Positions 1-8,813 of a stretch of 64,000 nt of DNA are shown here, piece by piece. Each line of letters begins with the position of its first letter. Within the stretch, counting starts at the first letter, position 1. A program made the position numbers and the translations under genes. The stretch comes from Archangiaceae bacterium. GTDB taxonomy: Bacteria > Myxococcota > Myxococcia > Myxococcales > Myxococcaceae. The notes under the pieces were generated by a model, which searched no databases, had not been told where the DNA came from, and was given only the letters and a program-made list of their open reading frames with translations. The DNA lies in the NCBI GenBank assembly GCA_037443525.1, contig JBBIOE010000008.1, positions 2,331 through 66,330 of the forward strand, given 5' to 3'.

Positions 1-162
1 CAGATCGAGGCCGAGTTCGGGCCGGAGATCCTCGACGCCGCCGGCCGGACCTGGGACGACGTGCGCGTACACCTGGCCGTTCGCGGCGAGCTCGAGCCCG
101 CGCCCGGCAAGGCGCCCAAGAAGCCAGCCTCGAAGCCGGCGCGGAAGCCGAAGACGAAGTGA
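1..162 (+). CDS. 3' end of a CDS running in from upstream of the window; the C-terminal tail is Lys/Pro/Ala-rich (…PAPGKAPKKPASKPARKPKTK*)
   Basis: Open frame from position 1 to a TGA at 160-162. The low-complexity basic tail resembles histone-H1-like tails common in high-GC bacteria. The product is not identifiable from the fragment. Confidence 0.3.
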   Translation, partial: QIEAEFGPEILDAAGRTWDDVRVHLAVRGELEPAPGKAPKKPASKPARKPKTK

Positions 163-179
163 GCCTTCGGTGTTCGGGG

Positions 180-1013
180 CTACTCGGGGAGCGCCAGCAC
201 CAGCCGGCTCAGGTCGTACTGCACGTCGCCGCGCTCGAACCTCGGCCAGCGCTCGAGGCCCCACTGGTGGGCCTCGCTCAAGCGCCAGGCCGACTCGTCG
301 AGCAGCGATCTCAGGTTGATGGCGTCGTAGAGGTTGTATTCGACGAGAATCCGCAGCGCCGAGAGCTCGCGGTTGAACGTCCACTCGCGCCAGAGCCGGA
401 TCGCGTCCAGGCCCTTCAGCCCCAGCAAGTGCGCCGGCCGACCGAGCCCGAGCGACGTCTCGATCTCCTTGAGGCCACCCTTGAGCCGCGCCTGCCGGCA
501 GACGAAGCGCAGATCGACGTGCACCTCGGGCTCGGGCGCGGCCTCGAAGGTCCGCCGCAGCGCTGGCAGATCGTAGGCCCCGCCGTTGAAGGTCACCCAG
601 ATCGGGCTCTGGGCCAGCCGCTCCAGAAGCCCGCAAGGATCGGGGCTTTCGCGGGCTTTCGCCAAACCCTCGCGATCCATGAGCCCCACGATGGTCGGCG
701 CGCCGTCGCCGTCGGCCTCGAGGTCCAGGAACGCGCAGGCGTCTGGAAAATGCGGAGCGATGCGCCAGTGCTCCCGCGCCGGGATCAGCGCCGCGAGCTG
801 CGCCAGCCGTCGCTCACTGAGCGCCTGTTCAGCGCGATCGATGGCCGCGAGCAGCTCGGCGTCGAGGCGCTTCGACATCACCGGGCCGTGCGTGGCGGCC
901 GCGCGCACGTCGGCCCAGCTCGCGAGCCCTCTTGCCCACAGGTCGCGCTCGCGCCACGGGCCGACGCCCCTGACGAGCTGGAAGGTCCGCGGAACGAGCG
1001 GCGGCGCTCCCAC
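180..1013 (-). CDS. RNase H-like fold predicted 3'-5' exonuclease (YprB/PF13482-like)
   Basis: 277-aa ORF carrying the motif VTFNGGAYDLPAL typical of RNase_H_2 predicted exonucleases. It sits immediately downstream of the NUDIX gene in the same orientation. Confidence 0.5.
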   Translation of the reverse strand: MGAPPLVPRTFQLVRGVGPWRERDLWARGLASWADVRAAATHGPVMSKRLDAELLAAIDRAEQALSERRLAQLAALIPAREHWRIAPHFPDACAFLDLEADGDGAPTIVGLMDREGLAKARESPDPCGLLERLAQSPIWVTFNGGAYDLPALRRTFEAAPEPEVHVDLRFVCRQARLKGGLKEIETSLGLGRPAHLLGLKGLDAIRLWREWTFNRELSALRILVEYNLYDAINLRSLLDESAWRLSEAHQWGLERWPRFERGDVQYDLSRLVLALPE

Positions 1014-1424
1014 TCAGGAGACCTCGATGGAGCCGTCCGCCAGCGCGTCGAGCAGCGGCAGATCGGCCTCGCAGAACGGCAGCGACCGCATCTCGGCCGG
1101 CGTGCAGAAGCGCAGGGCCTGGGCGCCGAGCGGCCTGGGCTCGCCCTTCACCAGCCGCGCGCCATAGAGCTCGAGCGCCACGGTGAGATCCGCGTAGGCG
1201 TGCACGGTGCCCCACAGCCGCGCCCCGACCTCGATCTCGACGTCGAGCTCCTCTTTGCACTCGCGGGCCAGCGCCTGGGCGTCGGCCTCGCCCGGCTCGA
1301 CCTTCCCGCCCGGGAACTCCCACAGGTTGGCGCGGCTCGTGTTCGGCAGGCGCTGCTGCACCAGAAAAGCGCCCCTCTTGCCCGGGCTGGGAATCAGCGC
1401 CGCCACCACGCGAATGATCTTCAC
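1014..1424 (-). CDS. NUDIX hydrolase (MutT-like nucleoside triphosphate pyrophosphohydrolase)
   Basis: 136 aa; Nudix box GGKVEPGEADAQALARECKEELDVEIE (GX5EX7REUXEEXGU pattern). Confidence 0.8.
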   Translation of the reverse strand: MKIIRVVAALIPSPGKRGAFLVQQRLPNTSRANLWEFPGGKVEPGEADAQALARECKEELDVEIEVGARLWGTVHAYADLTVALELYGARLVKGEPRPLGAQALRFCTPAEMRSLPFCEADLPLLDALADGSIEVS

Positions 1425-1452
1425 GCTCGAACCCCAGCGCGCATCTCGACGA

Positions 1453-2649
1453 TCACCCTCCGCGGCCCACCAGCTGGAGCGCGAAGACGGTGCCCAGGTT
1501 CGACAGGACGTAGAGGCGATTGCCGAACTTCGAGCTCGAGGAGCGCACCGGGGTCGCGGTCACGCCCCGGCCGGGGTTCCACGCCTGCTCCACCCTGCCC
1601 GTCGTCGGGTTCACGAAGGCGAGGCCGGTCGAGGTCGGGAGCACCACGAAGCCCCGCGCGAACATCGGCGGCTTGCCGGCGTTGCCCACCCGCCCCTTCG
1701 AGGTGCGATCGGACACGTCCAGCGACCAGAGAACCCTGCCCTTCTTCGGCTCGATCGCCGTCAGGCGCCCGTCACCGGTCGCGTAGAGCGTGCCCTTCTC
1801 CAGCGCCAGCGAGGTGATGCCGGCGCGGTTGTTGCTCCAGCTGAGCTCGCCGCTCTTCGCGTTGAGGCCGTAGATGCCGTCCTTGTAGCTGGCGACGAAG
1901 AGGTGGTTCTCGTCGTCCAGCACCGCGGAGCTGTCGATGTCGAGGAACTCCTTGCCGCCGGAGACGGTGAGCTTGCGCTCCCACAGGGCGACGCCGTCCT
2001 CGAGGTTCAGCGCCACCAGCGCGCCGTCGGCGAAGCCCTGGTACACCAGCCCGTCCCTCACCGTCGGGCGCGACACGCCGCGAATGGTGAAGCCGGTGGG
2101 CGCGTCGCGCCGGTACTGCCACTGCCACTTGCCCGTCTCCAGCGCGACCGAGAACACCGTCTCCGACTGCGAGGCGACCAGGAGCCGGGTGCCGACGATC
2201 ACCGGCGAGGTGACGAGCTCTTCACCCGCCGCCCAATGCCACACCTCTTCGCCGGTGCGCGCCCGGAGCGCGCGGAGCGTGCCGTCGCCGCCGGGCACGT
2301 ACACCACGCCGTCCTGAACCGTGGGGCCGGCGAAGAAGCCGCCGTTGGTCTTCACCTCCCACTCCACCGCGCCGGAGGCGGGCTCGAGGCAGCGGACGAA
2401 GCCGTCACGGGTCGCGACGATGACCCGCTCGGTGTCGGGGTCGACGACCGGCCGCGCCTGCTCCAGCGGCTGGTACTCGAGCAGGCCCGTCTTCACCAAC
2501 GGCTTCCACCACTCGACCGCGAAGATCTCCGCCGGGCTGACCTTGCGGTCGATGGCCGGAGCGTTGGGATCGTCGGTGAGCGGAATGGAGCGGCACCCGG
2601 CCAGGGCGAGAGGCAGCGCGACGGCCAGCCGGGCGAGCGAGCGGATCAA
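1453..2649 (-). CDS. bamB: Outer-membrane assembly lipoprotein BamB-like (PQQ-repeat beta-propeller)
   Basis: 398 aa with a lipoprotein signal (…LALAGC) and repeated PQQ-like blades (GVVYVPGGDGTLRALRARTGEEVWHW etc.). It follows the yfgM-like gene and der as in the E. coli yfgM-bamB-der cluster. An ATGA overlap joins it to the upstream gene. Confidence 0.7.
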   Translation of the reverse strand: MIRSLARLAVALPLALAGCRSIPLTDDPNAPAIDRKVSPAEIFAVEWWKPLVKTGLLEYQPLEQARPVVDPDTERVIVATRDGFVRCLEPASGAVEWEVKTNGGFFAGPTVQDGVVYVPGGDGTLRALRARTGEEVWHWAAGEELVTSPVIVGTRLLVASQSETVFSVALETGKWQWQYRRDAPTGFTIRGVSRPTVRDGLVYQGFADGALVALNLEDGVALWERKLTVSGGKEFLDIDSSAVLDDENHLFVASYKDGIYGLNAKSGELSWSNNRAGITSLALEKGTLYATGDGRLTAIEPKKGRVLWSLDVSDRTSKGRVGNAGKPPMFARGFVVLPTSTGLAFVNPTTGRVEQAWNPGRGVTATPVRSSSSKFGNRLYVLSNLGTVFALQLVGRGG

Positions 2650-3491
2650 GGGTTGGCGGCGGGTGACGGCGACGTGGGCGCGCCGGGCACCGGAGCACCT
2701 TGCAGCGGGGCCGGGGCCGGCGCCGGCGGCGGCTTGGGGATCTCCACGCCCTGGGCCGCGAGCAGCGCGATGCGCTCCTTGGCGAGGCGGGCGGCGGAGG
2801 TGTTCGGCGCCACCGAGTCGAGCTCGACGAACTGCTTGGCCGCGCCGGTCTTGTCGCCCTTGAGCTGCAGCATGCGGGCGCGGTGGTAGAGGCCCATGCC
2901 CTTCATGAAGTCGGTCTTGTTCTCGCGCGCGAGCTGATCGAACGCCGCCATGGCGTCGTCGTACTTCTGCTCCATCTCCAGCGCGTAGCCGCGGGCCTCG
3001 AGGGCCTGAGGGCGCATGGGGTCGGTCGCGTCGGAGCCCTTCAGGTACTCGTCGAGCAAGGGCAAGGCGTCGCCGGGTTTGCCCAGGCGCAGGTAGGCCT
3101 CGGCGAGCGGCAGCGCGGAGTTGGTGGCGGCGGTGTGGCCGGTGTTCTTCACCCGGAAGTCGGTGAGCTTGGCGACCAGGGCCTCGTCCTTCTCCTTCTC
3201 GGAGGTGAAGGGGGGCTGCTCACCCTCGGCCGGCGGAGTCACCTGGGGCACGGCGACCACGTCGCGGTCGAGCACGCGCAGGGCCGACGAGAACTTCTGC
3301 GCGGCCTCCTCGTTGCCCTTGGCCGAGAAGTGCTGGAGCAGCGCGACGCCGCCCCACACGACGACGACCGCCACCACGCCGGTGACCACCGCCTTGCCAT
3401 GCTGCTCGAGCCACGGCACTGCCTGCACGCCGAGCTTCTGGAATTCGTCCGGCTGCCTCAGCTCTTTTTGCTGCTCACGGTAGGAGCTCAT
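2646..3491 (-). CDS. YfgM-like single-pass membrane TPR protein
   Basis: 281 aa with an N-terminal TM helix (VVTGVVAVVVVWGGVALL), TPR-like helices and a Pro/Ala-rich tail. It lies between der and bamB, which is a conserved position. Confidence 0.55.
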   Translation of the reverse strand: MSSYREQQKELRQPDEFQKLGVQAVPWLEQHGKAVVTGVVAVVVVWGGVALLQHFSAKGNEEAAQKFSSALRVLDRDVVAVPQVTPPAEGEQPPFTSEKEKDEALVAKLTDFRVKNTGHTAATNSALPLAEAYLRLGKPGDALPLLDEYLKGSDATDPMRPQALEARGYALEMEQKYDDAMAAFDQLARENKTDFMKGMGLYHRARMLQLKGDKTGAAKQFVELDSVAPNTSAARLAKERIALLAAQGVEIPKPPPAPAPAPLQGAPVPGAPTSPSPAANP

Positions 3492-3547
3492 CGCGGCGGT
3501 TCTCTAGGGGTTGGGAGGGGGCAAGTCAACGTGTACGGGTGCTTCCG

Positions 3548-5077
3548 TCACCCGTCGGTGGGCGATCGCCGTGGTCCTGCCGTCGGGCGTCCGCGCTTTC
3601 GCTTGTTCTGAGCCCGGGCCTTGAACCGCGCCGCCGCGTCCTTGCGCTTGCTCTCACCGGGCCGGTTCCGCCAGAACAGGCGGAGCGGCACCTTCAGCCG
3701 GAAGGTCTCGCGGAGCCTGTTCGCCACGTAGCGCTGGTACTTGTCGGGCACGGGCTTCGAGGTGTTGACGGTGAAGGCGAAGGCCGGCGGCGCCGTGGCC
3801 ACCTGGGCCGCGTAGTAGATCTTGAGCGGGCGGCGATCGATCACCGGGAGCGGGTGCTCGGTGGTGACGTGCTCGACGAGGCGGTTCAAGACCGGCGTCG
3901 GCGCGCGGAAGTGCTGCTGATCGAACAGCTCGACCGCGACGTCCAGCACCTTGGTCACGCGCTGCCCTTCCTTCGCGGTGACGAAGACCATCGGCGCGTA
4001 GGAGACCCAGGTGAGCTCCCACTTGAGGCCCTTGCGGAAGTTCTCCTCGGAGTGCTCGCCCTTGGCGAGGTCCCACTTGTTCACGCAGATGAGCAGCGCC
4101 CTGCCCTTCTCCTCGGCGAGGGCGGCGATCTTGAGGTCCTGCTCGACGCCGGCCTCGCTGGCGTCGATGACCAGCACCGCGACGTCGGAGTCCTCCACGG
4201 CCCTGAGCGCGGCGAGCACCGAGAAGTGCTCGACGTTCTGGAGCACCACCGACTTGCGGCGGATGCCCGCGGTGTCGGTGAGGACCATCTTCCGGCCCTT
4301 CCACTCGAAGGGAGAGTCGATGGGGTCGCGGGTGGTGCCGGCGACGGGGCTGACCACCACCCGCTCCTCGCCGAGCAGCGCGTTCACCAGCGTCGACTTG
4401 CCGACGTTGGGGCGGCCGACGATGGAGATGCGGATCGGGCGGTCGGGGTCCGGCCCGCGCAGGCCCTTCTCCCGCTCCGGCGGCTCCCGCCCTTCCCGTT
4501 CACCCTGACCGGAGTCGACGGGTGCCGGGCTTCCCAGGTGAGGGGTGATGCGCTGCACGAGCTCTCCGACGCCGAGGTTGTGCTCGGCGCTGACGGCCAC
4601 CGGGTCCCCGAGCCCGAGGCGGTGGAACTCGGCGGTGAGCTCGTCGGCGCGCCCGCTCTGATCGACCTTGTTCACCACCAGCACGATGGGCCGCGACTGC
4701 TTGCGCAGGTAGCGCGCGACCTCCTCGTCGCCGCTGGTCGGCCCGGTGCGGCCGTCGGTGACGAACAGCACCACGTCGCAGGCCTCGACCGCGGCCTGGG
4801 CCTGCTGGCGCACCACGTCGCCCAGCGGGTCCTCGAAGGCGCCCTGGGGCACGAAGCCGCCGGTGTCGATGATGGTGACGGGGCGATCGTCGAGCTCGGC
4901 GTCGGCGTAGCGGCGGTCGCGGGTGACGCCCGGCGTGTCCTCCACCAGGGCGAGGCGGCGGCCGACCAGGCGGTTGAACAGGGTCGACTTGCCGACGTTG
5001 GGCCGGCCCACCAGAGCCACCAGCTTCCGCGCGCCGGGAGCGGAGACGTAGACCTTCTTCTCGGGTCGCTTCGCCAC
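3548..5077 (-). CDS. der: Ribosome-biogenesis GTPase Der (EngA), tandem GTPase domains
   Basis: 509 aa; two P-loops (GRPNVGKSTLFN and GRPNVGKSTLVN), two DTAG/DTGG motifs and a C-terminal KH-like domain. An acidic linker sits between the G domains. Confidence 0.9.
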   Translation of the reverse strand: MAKRPEKKVYVSAPGARKLVALVGRPNVGKSTLFNRLVGRRLALVEDTPGVTRDRRYADAELDDRPVTIIDTGGFVPQGAFEDPLGDVVRQQAQAAVEACDVVLFVTDGRTGPTSGDEEVARYLRKQSRPIVLVVNKVDQSGRADELTAEFHRLGLGDPVAVSAEHNLGVGELVQRITPHLGSPAPVDSGQGEREGREPPEREKGLRGPDPDRPIRISIVGRPNVGKSTLVNALLGEERVVVSPVAGTTRDPIDSPFEWKGRKMVLTDTAGIRRKSVVLQNVEHFSVLAALRAVEDSDVAVLVIDASEAGVEQDLKIAALAEEKGRALLICVNKWDLAKGEHSEENFRKGLKWELTWVSYAPMVFVTAKEGQRVTKVLDVAVELFDQQHFRAPTPVLNRLVEHVTTEHPLPVIDRRPLKIYYAAQVATAPPAFAFTVNTSKPVPDKYQRYVANRLRETFRLKVPLRLFWRNRPGESKRKDAAARFKARAQNKRKRGRPTAGPRRSPTDG

Positions 5078-5080
5078 GCG

Positions 5081-6079
5081 CTACTCCTTCACGTTGCTGT
5101 ACCCGAAGCGGCGCAGGGTGTCGGCGCGCTCGCTCCAGCGCGGCTCCACCTTCACCTGCAGCGAGAGGAAGACGTGCGTGCCCAAAAGGCGCTGCACGGC
5201 CTTGCGCGCGCCGGTGCCGATCTCCTTCAGCATCGCGCCGCGCTTGCCGATGATGATCGCCTTCTGGCTCTCACGCTCGACGTAGATGTTGGCGTGAATG
5301 CGAATGAGCCCGGCGAGCGGTGGCCCCTCGTCGCGCTCCCCCTCGGCCTCGCTCTTCTTCTTCGAGGCCTTCTTCTTCTGGGGCTTCGGCTTGGGCTCGC
5401 GCTCCGACTCGTCGAAGTGCTCGACCACCACCGCGGTGGAGTACGGGATCTCCTGCCGGCAGTGCTTCAAGACCTGCTCGCGCACCAGCTCGGCCACCAG
5501 CACGCGCTCGGCCTGGTCGGTGAAGACGTCGGGCGGAAAGAGCGGCTCGCCCTCGGGCAGCCGGGACGCCACCAGCGTCAACAGCTCCTCCAGCCCGTCG
5601 CCGTGGCGCGCCGACACCGGCATCACCTCGGCGAAGGGAAACTCGTGCTGGTAGAGATCGATGAGCGGCAACAGGAGCACCCGCTTCACCTCGTCGATCT
5701 TGTTGATGACGAGGATGGTGGGCTTGCCCAGCTTCTTCAGCCGCTCGAGGACGTAGCGGTTGCCGGGGCCGATCTCCGGCGCCCTTTCCTCCTCGAGCCC
5801 GCTGGCCTCGATCACGAAGAGCACCAGCTCGCACTCCTCGGCGGCGGCGAGCGCGGTGTCGACCATGTAGGCGTTGAGCGCGCCCTTCGCCTGGTGAATG
5901 CCGGGCGTGTCGAAGAGCGCCACCTGGGCGTCGGGCCGGGTGACCACGCCCATGATGCGGGTGCGCGTGGTCTGCGGCTTGGGCGAGACGATCGCGACCT
6001 TCTCGCCGATCAGCCGGTTGAGCAGCGTGCTCTTCCCGACGTTGGGACGGCCGATGAGCGCGACGAATCCACTCCGCAT
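5081..6079 (-). CDS. era: GTPase Era with a Lys-rich insertion before the KH domain
   Basis: 332 aa; ALIGRPNVGKSTLLN, DTPG, NKID motifs and a KH domain. An inserted EPKPKPQKKKASKKKSEAEGERDEGPP segment is present. Confidence 0.9.
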   Translation of the reverse strand: MRSGFVALIGRPNVGKSTLLNRLIGEKVAIVSPKPQTTRTRIMGVVTRPDAQVALFDTPGIHQAKGALNAYMVDTALAAAEECELVLFVIEASGLEEERAPEIGPGNRYVLERLKKLGKPTILVINKIDEVKRVLLLPLIDLYQHEFPFAEVMPVSARHGDGLEELLTLVASRLPEGEPLFPPDVFTDQAERVLVAELVREQVLKHCRQEIPYSTAVVVEHFDESEREPKPKPQKKKASKKKSEAEGERDEGPPLAGLIRIHANIYVERESQKAIIIGKRGAMLKEIGTGARKAVQRLLGTHVFLSLQVKVEPRWSERADTLRRFGYSNVKE

Positions 6080-6110
6080 GACTTCACGCTCCAGAGGCCG
6101 TACGACGACG

Positions 6111-6662
6111 TCACGGGTTCTTCGAGATGGTGAGCTTCTTCAAGACCACGTCGGTCTTGGGGCGGTCGCCGGCGCCTTTGGGGATCACGTTGGCGACGCG
6201 CTCCACCACGTCATAGCCCGAAGTGACCTCGCCGAAGATGGTGTGGCGGCCGTTCAGCCAGGTGGTGGCGGCGGCGGTGATGAAGAACTGCGAGCCGTTG
6301 GTGTTGGGGCCAGCGTTGGCCATCGCCAGGAGGCCCGGCTTGTCGAACTTCCGGCCGCTCTGGAACTCGTCCTCGAACTTGTAGCCGGGACCGCCGGTGC
6401 CGCGGCCGAGCGGGTCGCCGCCCTGGATCATGAAGTTCGAGATGCAGCGGTGGAAGATGGTGCCGTCGTAGAGCGGCTTCTTGCTCATCGCCTCGCCGGT
6501 GGCCGGGTGCGTCCACGCCTTCTCGCCGGTGGCCAGGCCCACGAAGTTCTCGACCGTCTTGGGCGCGTCCTTGGTGAACAGCCGCACCGTGATGGAGCCC
6601 TCGCTGGTGTCGAACTTCGCGTACAGCTCGGTGCCTGCCTTGACCTCGTCGATCATGCCCAT
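6111..6662 (-). CDS. ppiB: Cyclophilin-type peptidyl-prolyl isomerase, cytoplasmic (no signal peptide)
   Basis: 183 aa carrying the cyclophilin motifs [14 protein letters not shown] and NGSQFFIT. Confidence 0.85.
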   Translation of the reverse strand: MGMIDEVKAGTELYAKFDTSEGSITVRLFTKDAPKTVENFVGLATGEKAWTHPATGEAMSKKPLYDGTIFHRCISNFMIQGGDPLGRGTGGPGYKFEDEFQSGRKFDKPGLLAMANAGPNTNGSQFFITAAATTWLNGRHTIFGEVTSGYDVVERVANVIPKGAGDRPKTDVVLKKLTISKNP

Positions 6663-6691
6663 GACTCTTCTCCTGGTTCTGGTGCGGCGCT

Positions 6692-7324
6692 TTACGGCTG
6701 CGTTTCGGACAGCGTGATCTGCTCGATGACGACGGGTTGCAAGGGCTTATCGCGGCGATCCTTCTGGACCTTGGAGATCGCCTCCGCCACCTCGTAGCCC
6801 TTCACCACCTCGCCGAAGATGGTGTGCTTGCCGTTCAAGTAGGTGGGCATCGAGGTGGTGATGAAGAACTGCGAGCCGTTGGTGTTGGGGCCGGCGTTGG
6901 CCATCGCCAGCAGGCCTACCTTGTCGAAGGTGGACGCCCTGGGGCTCTGCACCTCGTCCTCGAACTTGTAGCCGGGGTCGCCGGTGCCGCTGCCGAGCGG
7001 GTCGCCGCCCTGAATCATGAAGCCCTCGATCACCCGGTGGAACGGCGTGCCCGGGTAGAGCGCGACGCCGTGCTTCTTCTCGCCGGTCGCGGGGTTCACC
7101 CAGTCCTTCTCGCCCGTGGCCAGGCCCACGAAGTTCTTCACCGTCTTCGGCGCGTCCTTGGTGAAGAAGCGCACGGTGATCGGCCCCATCGAGGTCTTGA
7201 GGGTGGCGTAGAGCTCCTTCCCCTGGGAGACCTTCTGCATCCACGGGCCCTCGGGGGCCGCGGGCTCCTTGGTGCAGCCCGCCGCCGCGAGGGCCAGGGC
7301 CGCGACGAGGACTCGGGCGTTCAC
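6692..7324 (-). CDS. Cyclophilin-type PPIase, lipoprotein (GTG start, signal …LALAAAGC)
   Basis: The cyclophilin core ([22 protein letters not shown]) is preceded by a lipobox. The start is placed at the GTG that overlaps the upstream stop as GTGA (7321-7324). The first 175 codons of the listed ORF 6692..7849 are an out-of-frame read-through of the upstream paralog. Confidence 0.7.
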   Translation of the reverse strand: MNARVLVAALALAAAGCTKEPAAPEGPWMQKVSQGKELYATLKTSMGPITVRFFTKDAPKTVKNFVGLATGEKDWVNPATGEKKHGVALYPGTPFHRVIEGFMIQGGDPLGSGTGDPGYKFEDEVQSPRASTFDKVGLLAMANAGPNTNGSQFFITTSMPTYLNGKHTIFGEVVKGYEVAEAISKVQKDRRDKPLQPVVIEQITLSETQP

Positions 7325-7953
7325 TTCTTGGCCGCCTTGGCCGGCGCCTTGTCGGAGATGGTGACCTTCACGATCTTCACGTCCTCGACGGGGCGATCGC
7401 CCCCTCCGCGCTTCACGTTCTGGATCGCGTCGACCACCTCGTAGCCCGAGACCACCTCGCCGAAGATGGTGTGCTTGTTGTTCAGGTAGGTCGGCAAGGA
7501 GGTGGTGATGAAGAACTGCGAGCCGTTGGTGTTGGGGCCCGCGTTCGCCATCGCCAACAGGCCCAGCTTGTCGAAGCCGCGCCCGCTCTTGAACTCGTCC
7601 TCGAAGCGGTAGCCCGGGTCGCCGCGGCCGGTGCCGGTGCGATCGCCGCCCTGGATCATGAAGTTGGGGATGACGCGGTGGAAGATGACGCCGTCGTAGA
7701 ACGGGGCCTTCATCTTCTTGCCGCTGAGCGGGTCGGTGAACTCCTTCTCCCCAGACGCGAGCCCGACGAAGTTCGCCACCGTCTTCGGCGCGGCCTTGGA
7801 GAAGAGCTTGATGACGACGTCGCCCTTGGTGGTGGACATGGTGGCCCACAGGTCCTGCCCCTCGAGGGCCATGGTGCTGAACTTGCCCTGGGCCGAGGCG
7901 AGGGTGGGCACGAGGAGGAGCGCGCTGAGCGCGAGCGTTTTTCCGGCGTTCAT
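7321..7953 (-). CDS. ppiA: Cyclophilin-type PPIase, secreted/periplasmic (cleavable signal peptide)
   Basis: 210 aa with the signal MNAGKTLALSALLLVPTLASAQG followed by a cyclophilin core ([22 protein letters not shown]). Confidence 0.8.
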   Translation of the reverse strand: MNAGKTLALSALLLVPTLASAQGKFSTMALEGQDLWATMSTTKGDVVIKLFSKAAPKTVANFVGLASGEKEFTDPLSGKKMKAPFYDGVIFHRVIPNFMIQGGDRTGTGRGDPGYRFEDEFKSGRGFDKLGLLAMANAGPNTNGSQFFITTSLPTYLNNKHTIFGEVVSGYEVVDAIQNVKRGGGDRPVEDVKIVKVTISDKAPAKAAKK

Positions 7954-7997
7954 GGGGGCGGGAAACTAGCCGCCGAACCCCTGGAGTTGAAGCGCAA

Positions 7998-8813
7998 TCA
8001 GGTGCCGCTCGGCTCCTGAGGGGACGCGGCCGGCAGCGGGCCGCCCTCGAGCCGCTTCTCCAGCACCTCCAGCGCGGCGCGGGCGGCGGCCTGCTCGGCC
8101 TCTTTCTTCGAGCGACCGGACGAGCGCGCCCAGATCTCCCCGCCCACCAGCACCTCGACCTCGAAGACCTTCTCGTGCTCGGGGCCCGTCTCGCCCGAGA
8201 CGCGGTAGCGCGGCGAGGCCTTGAGCCGGCTCTGCAGCGCCTCCTGCAGGTGCGACTTGGAGTCGTGGCCCTGGCGCCCCTTGGCCGCGCCGTCGATGGC
8301 GTCGGCGAAGACGCGATCGGAAGAGCCCAGCACCGCGGGCATGCCGTTGGAGAGGTAGATCGCGCCGACCACCGCCTCGAGCGCGTCGGCGAGCACCGAG
8401 CTCTTGTCGCGGCCGCCGGTGCGCTCCTCGCCGCGGCCGAGCAGGAGCAGCTCGCCCAGGCCCAGCACCCGCGCGATGCGCACCAGGCCCTCTTCGTTGA
8501 CGATCAGCGCCCGGAGCTTCGACAGCTCGCCCTCGGAGGCCAGAGGGAAGCGCTCCATGAGCCGCTGGCCGATGGTGAGATCGACCACCGCGTCGCCCAA
8601 GAACTCCAGGCGCTCGTTGTCGTGGGTGGGCAGGTCGCGGTGCTCGTTGCAGTAGCTCTTGTGGGTCAGCGCGGAGAGCGCGAGCGACTTGTCGGCGAAG
8701 GTGATGGCGAGGCGCAGCTCGAGCGAAGCCACGCGCTCCTCGGCGGTCCAGTTCGGCGCGCGCCGCCCGTTCGGGTCCGGAGGTGAAGGAGCCGACAGCG
8801 GCGCGTCGCTCAT
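7998..8813 (-). CDS. rnc: Ribonuclease III
   Basis: 271 aa from the ATG at 8813. It carries the RNase III signature ERLEFLGDAVVDL and a C-terminal dsRBD. Its ATG overlaps the MeaB-like stop as ATGA. Confidence 0.9.
   Translation of the reverse strand: MSDAPLSAPSPPDPNGRRAPNWTAEERVASLELRLAITFADKSLALSALTHKSYCNEHRDLPTHDNERLEFLGDAVVDLTIGQRLMERFPLASEGELSKLRALIVNEEGLVRIARVLGLGELLLLGRGEERTGGRDKSSVLADALEAVVGAIYLSNGMPAVLGSSDRVFADAIDGAAKGRQGHDSKSHLQEALQSRLKASPRYRVSGETGPEHEKVFEVEVLVGGEIWARSSGRSKKEAEQAAARAALEVLEKRLEGGPLPAASPQEPSGT

Noticed and set aside
159-1817. 552-aa plus-strand ORF starting at 159
   Set aside because: It runs antisense across three well-supported minus-strand genes (exonuclease, NUDIX, bamB). 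It has an Arg/Pro-rich composition and no motifs.
3539-6133. 864-aa plus-strand ORF antisense to der and era, and many similar long ORFs: 9820-13482+, 19471-20970-, 21111-23306-, 34393-36723-, 34779-36635+, 38644-40509+, 39173-40795-, 42889-46002-, 50978-52459-, 16679-18700-, 60500-61951+, 61485-63215+
   Set aside because: Their translations are Arg/Ala/Gly/Pro-rich low-complexity strings with no motifs. Each overlaps a frame that carries unmistakable conserved-family signatures. They are typical shadow ORFs of ~70% GC DNA.
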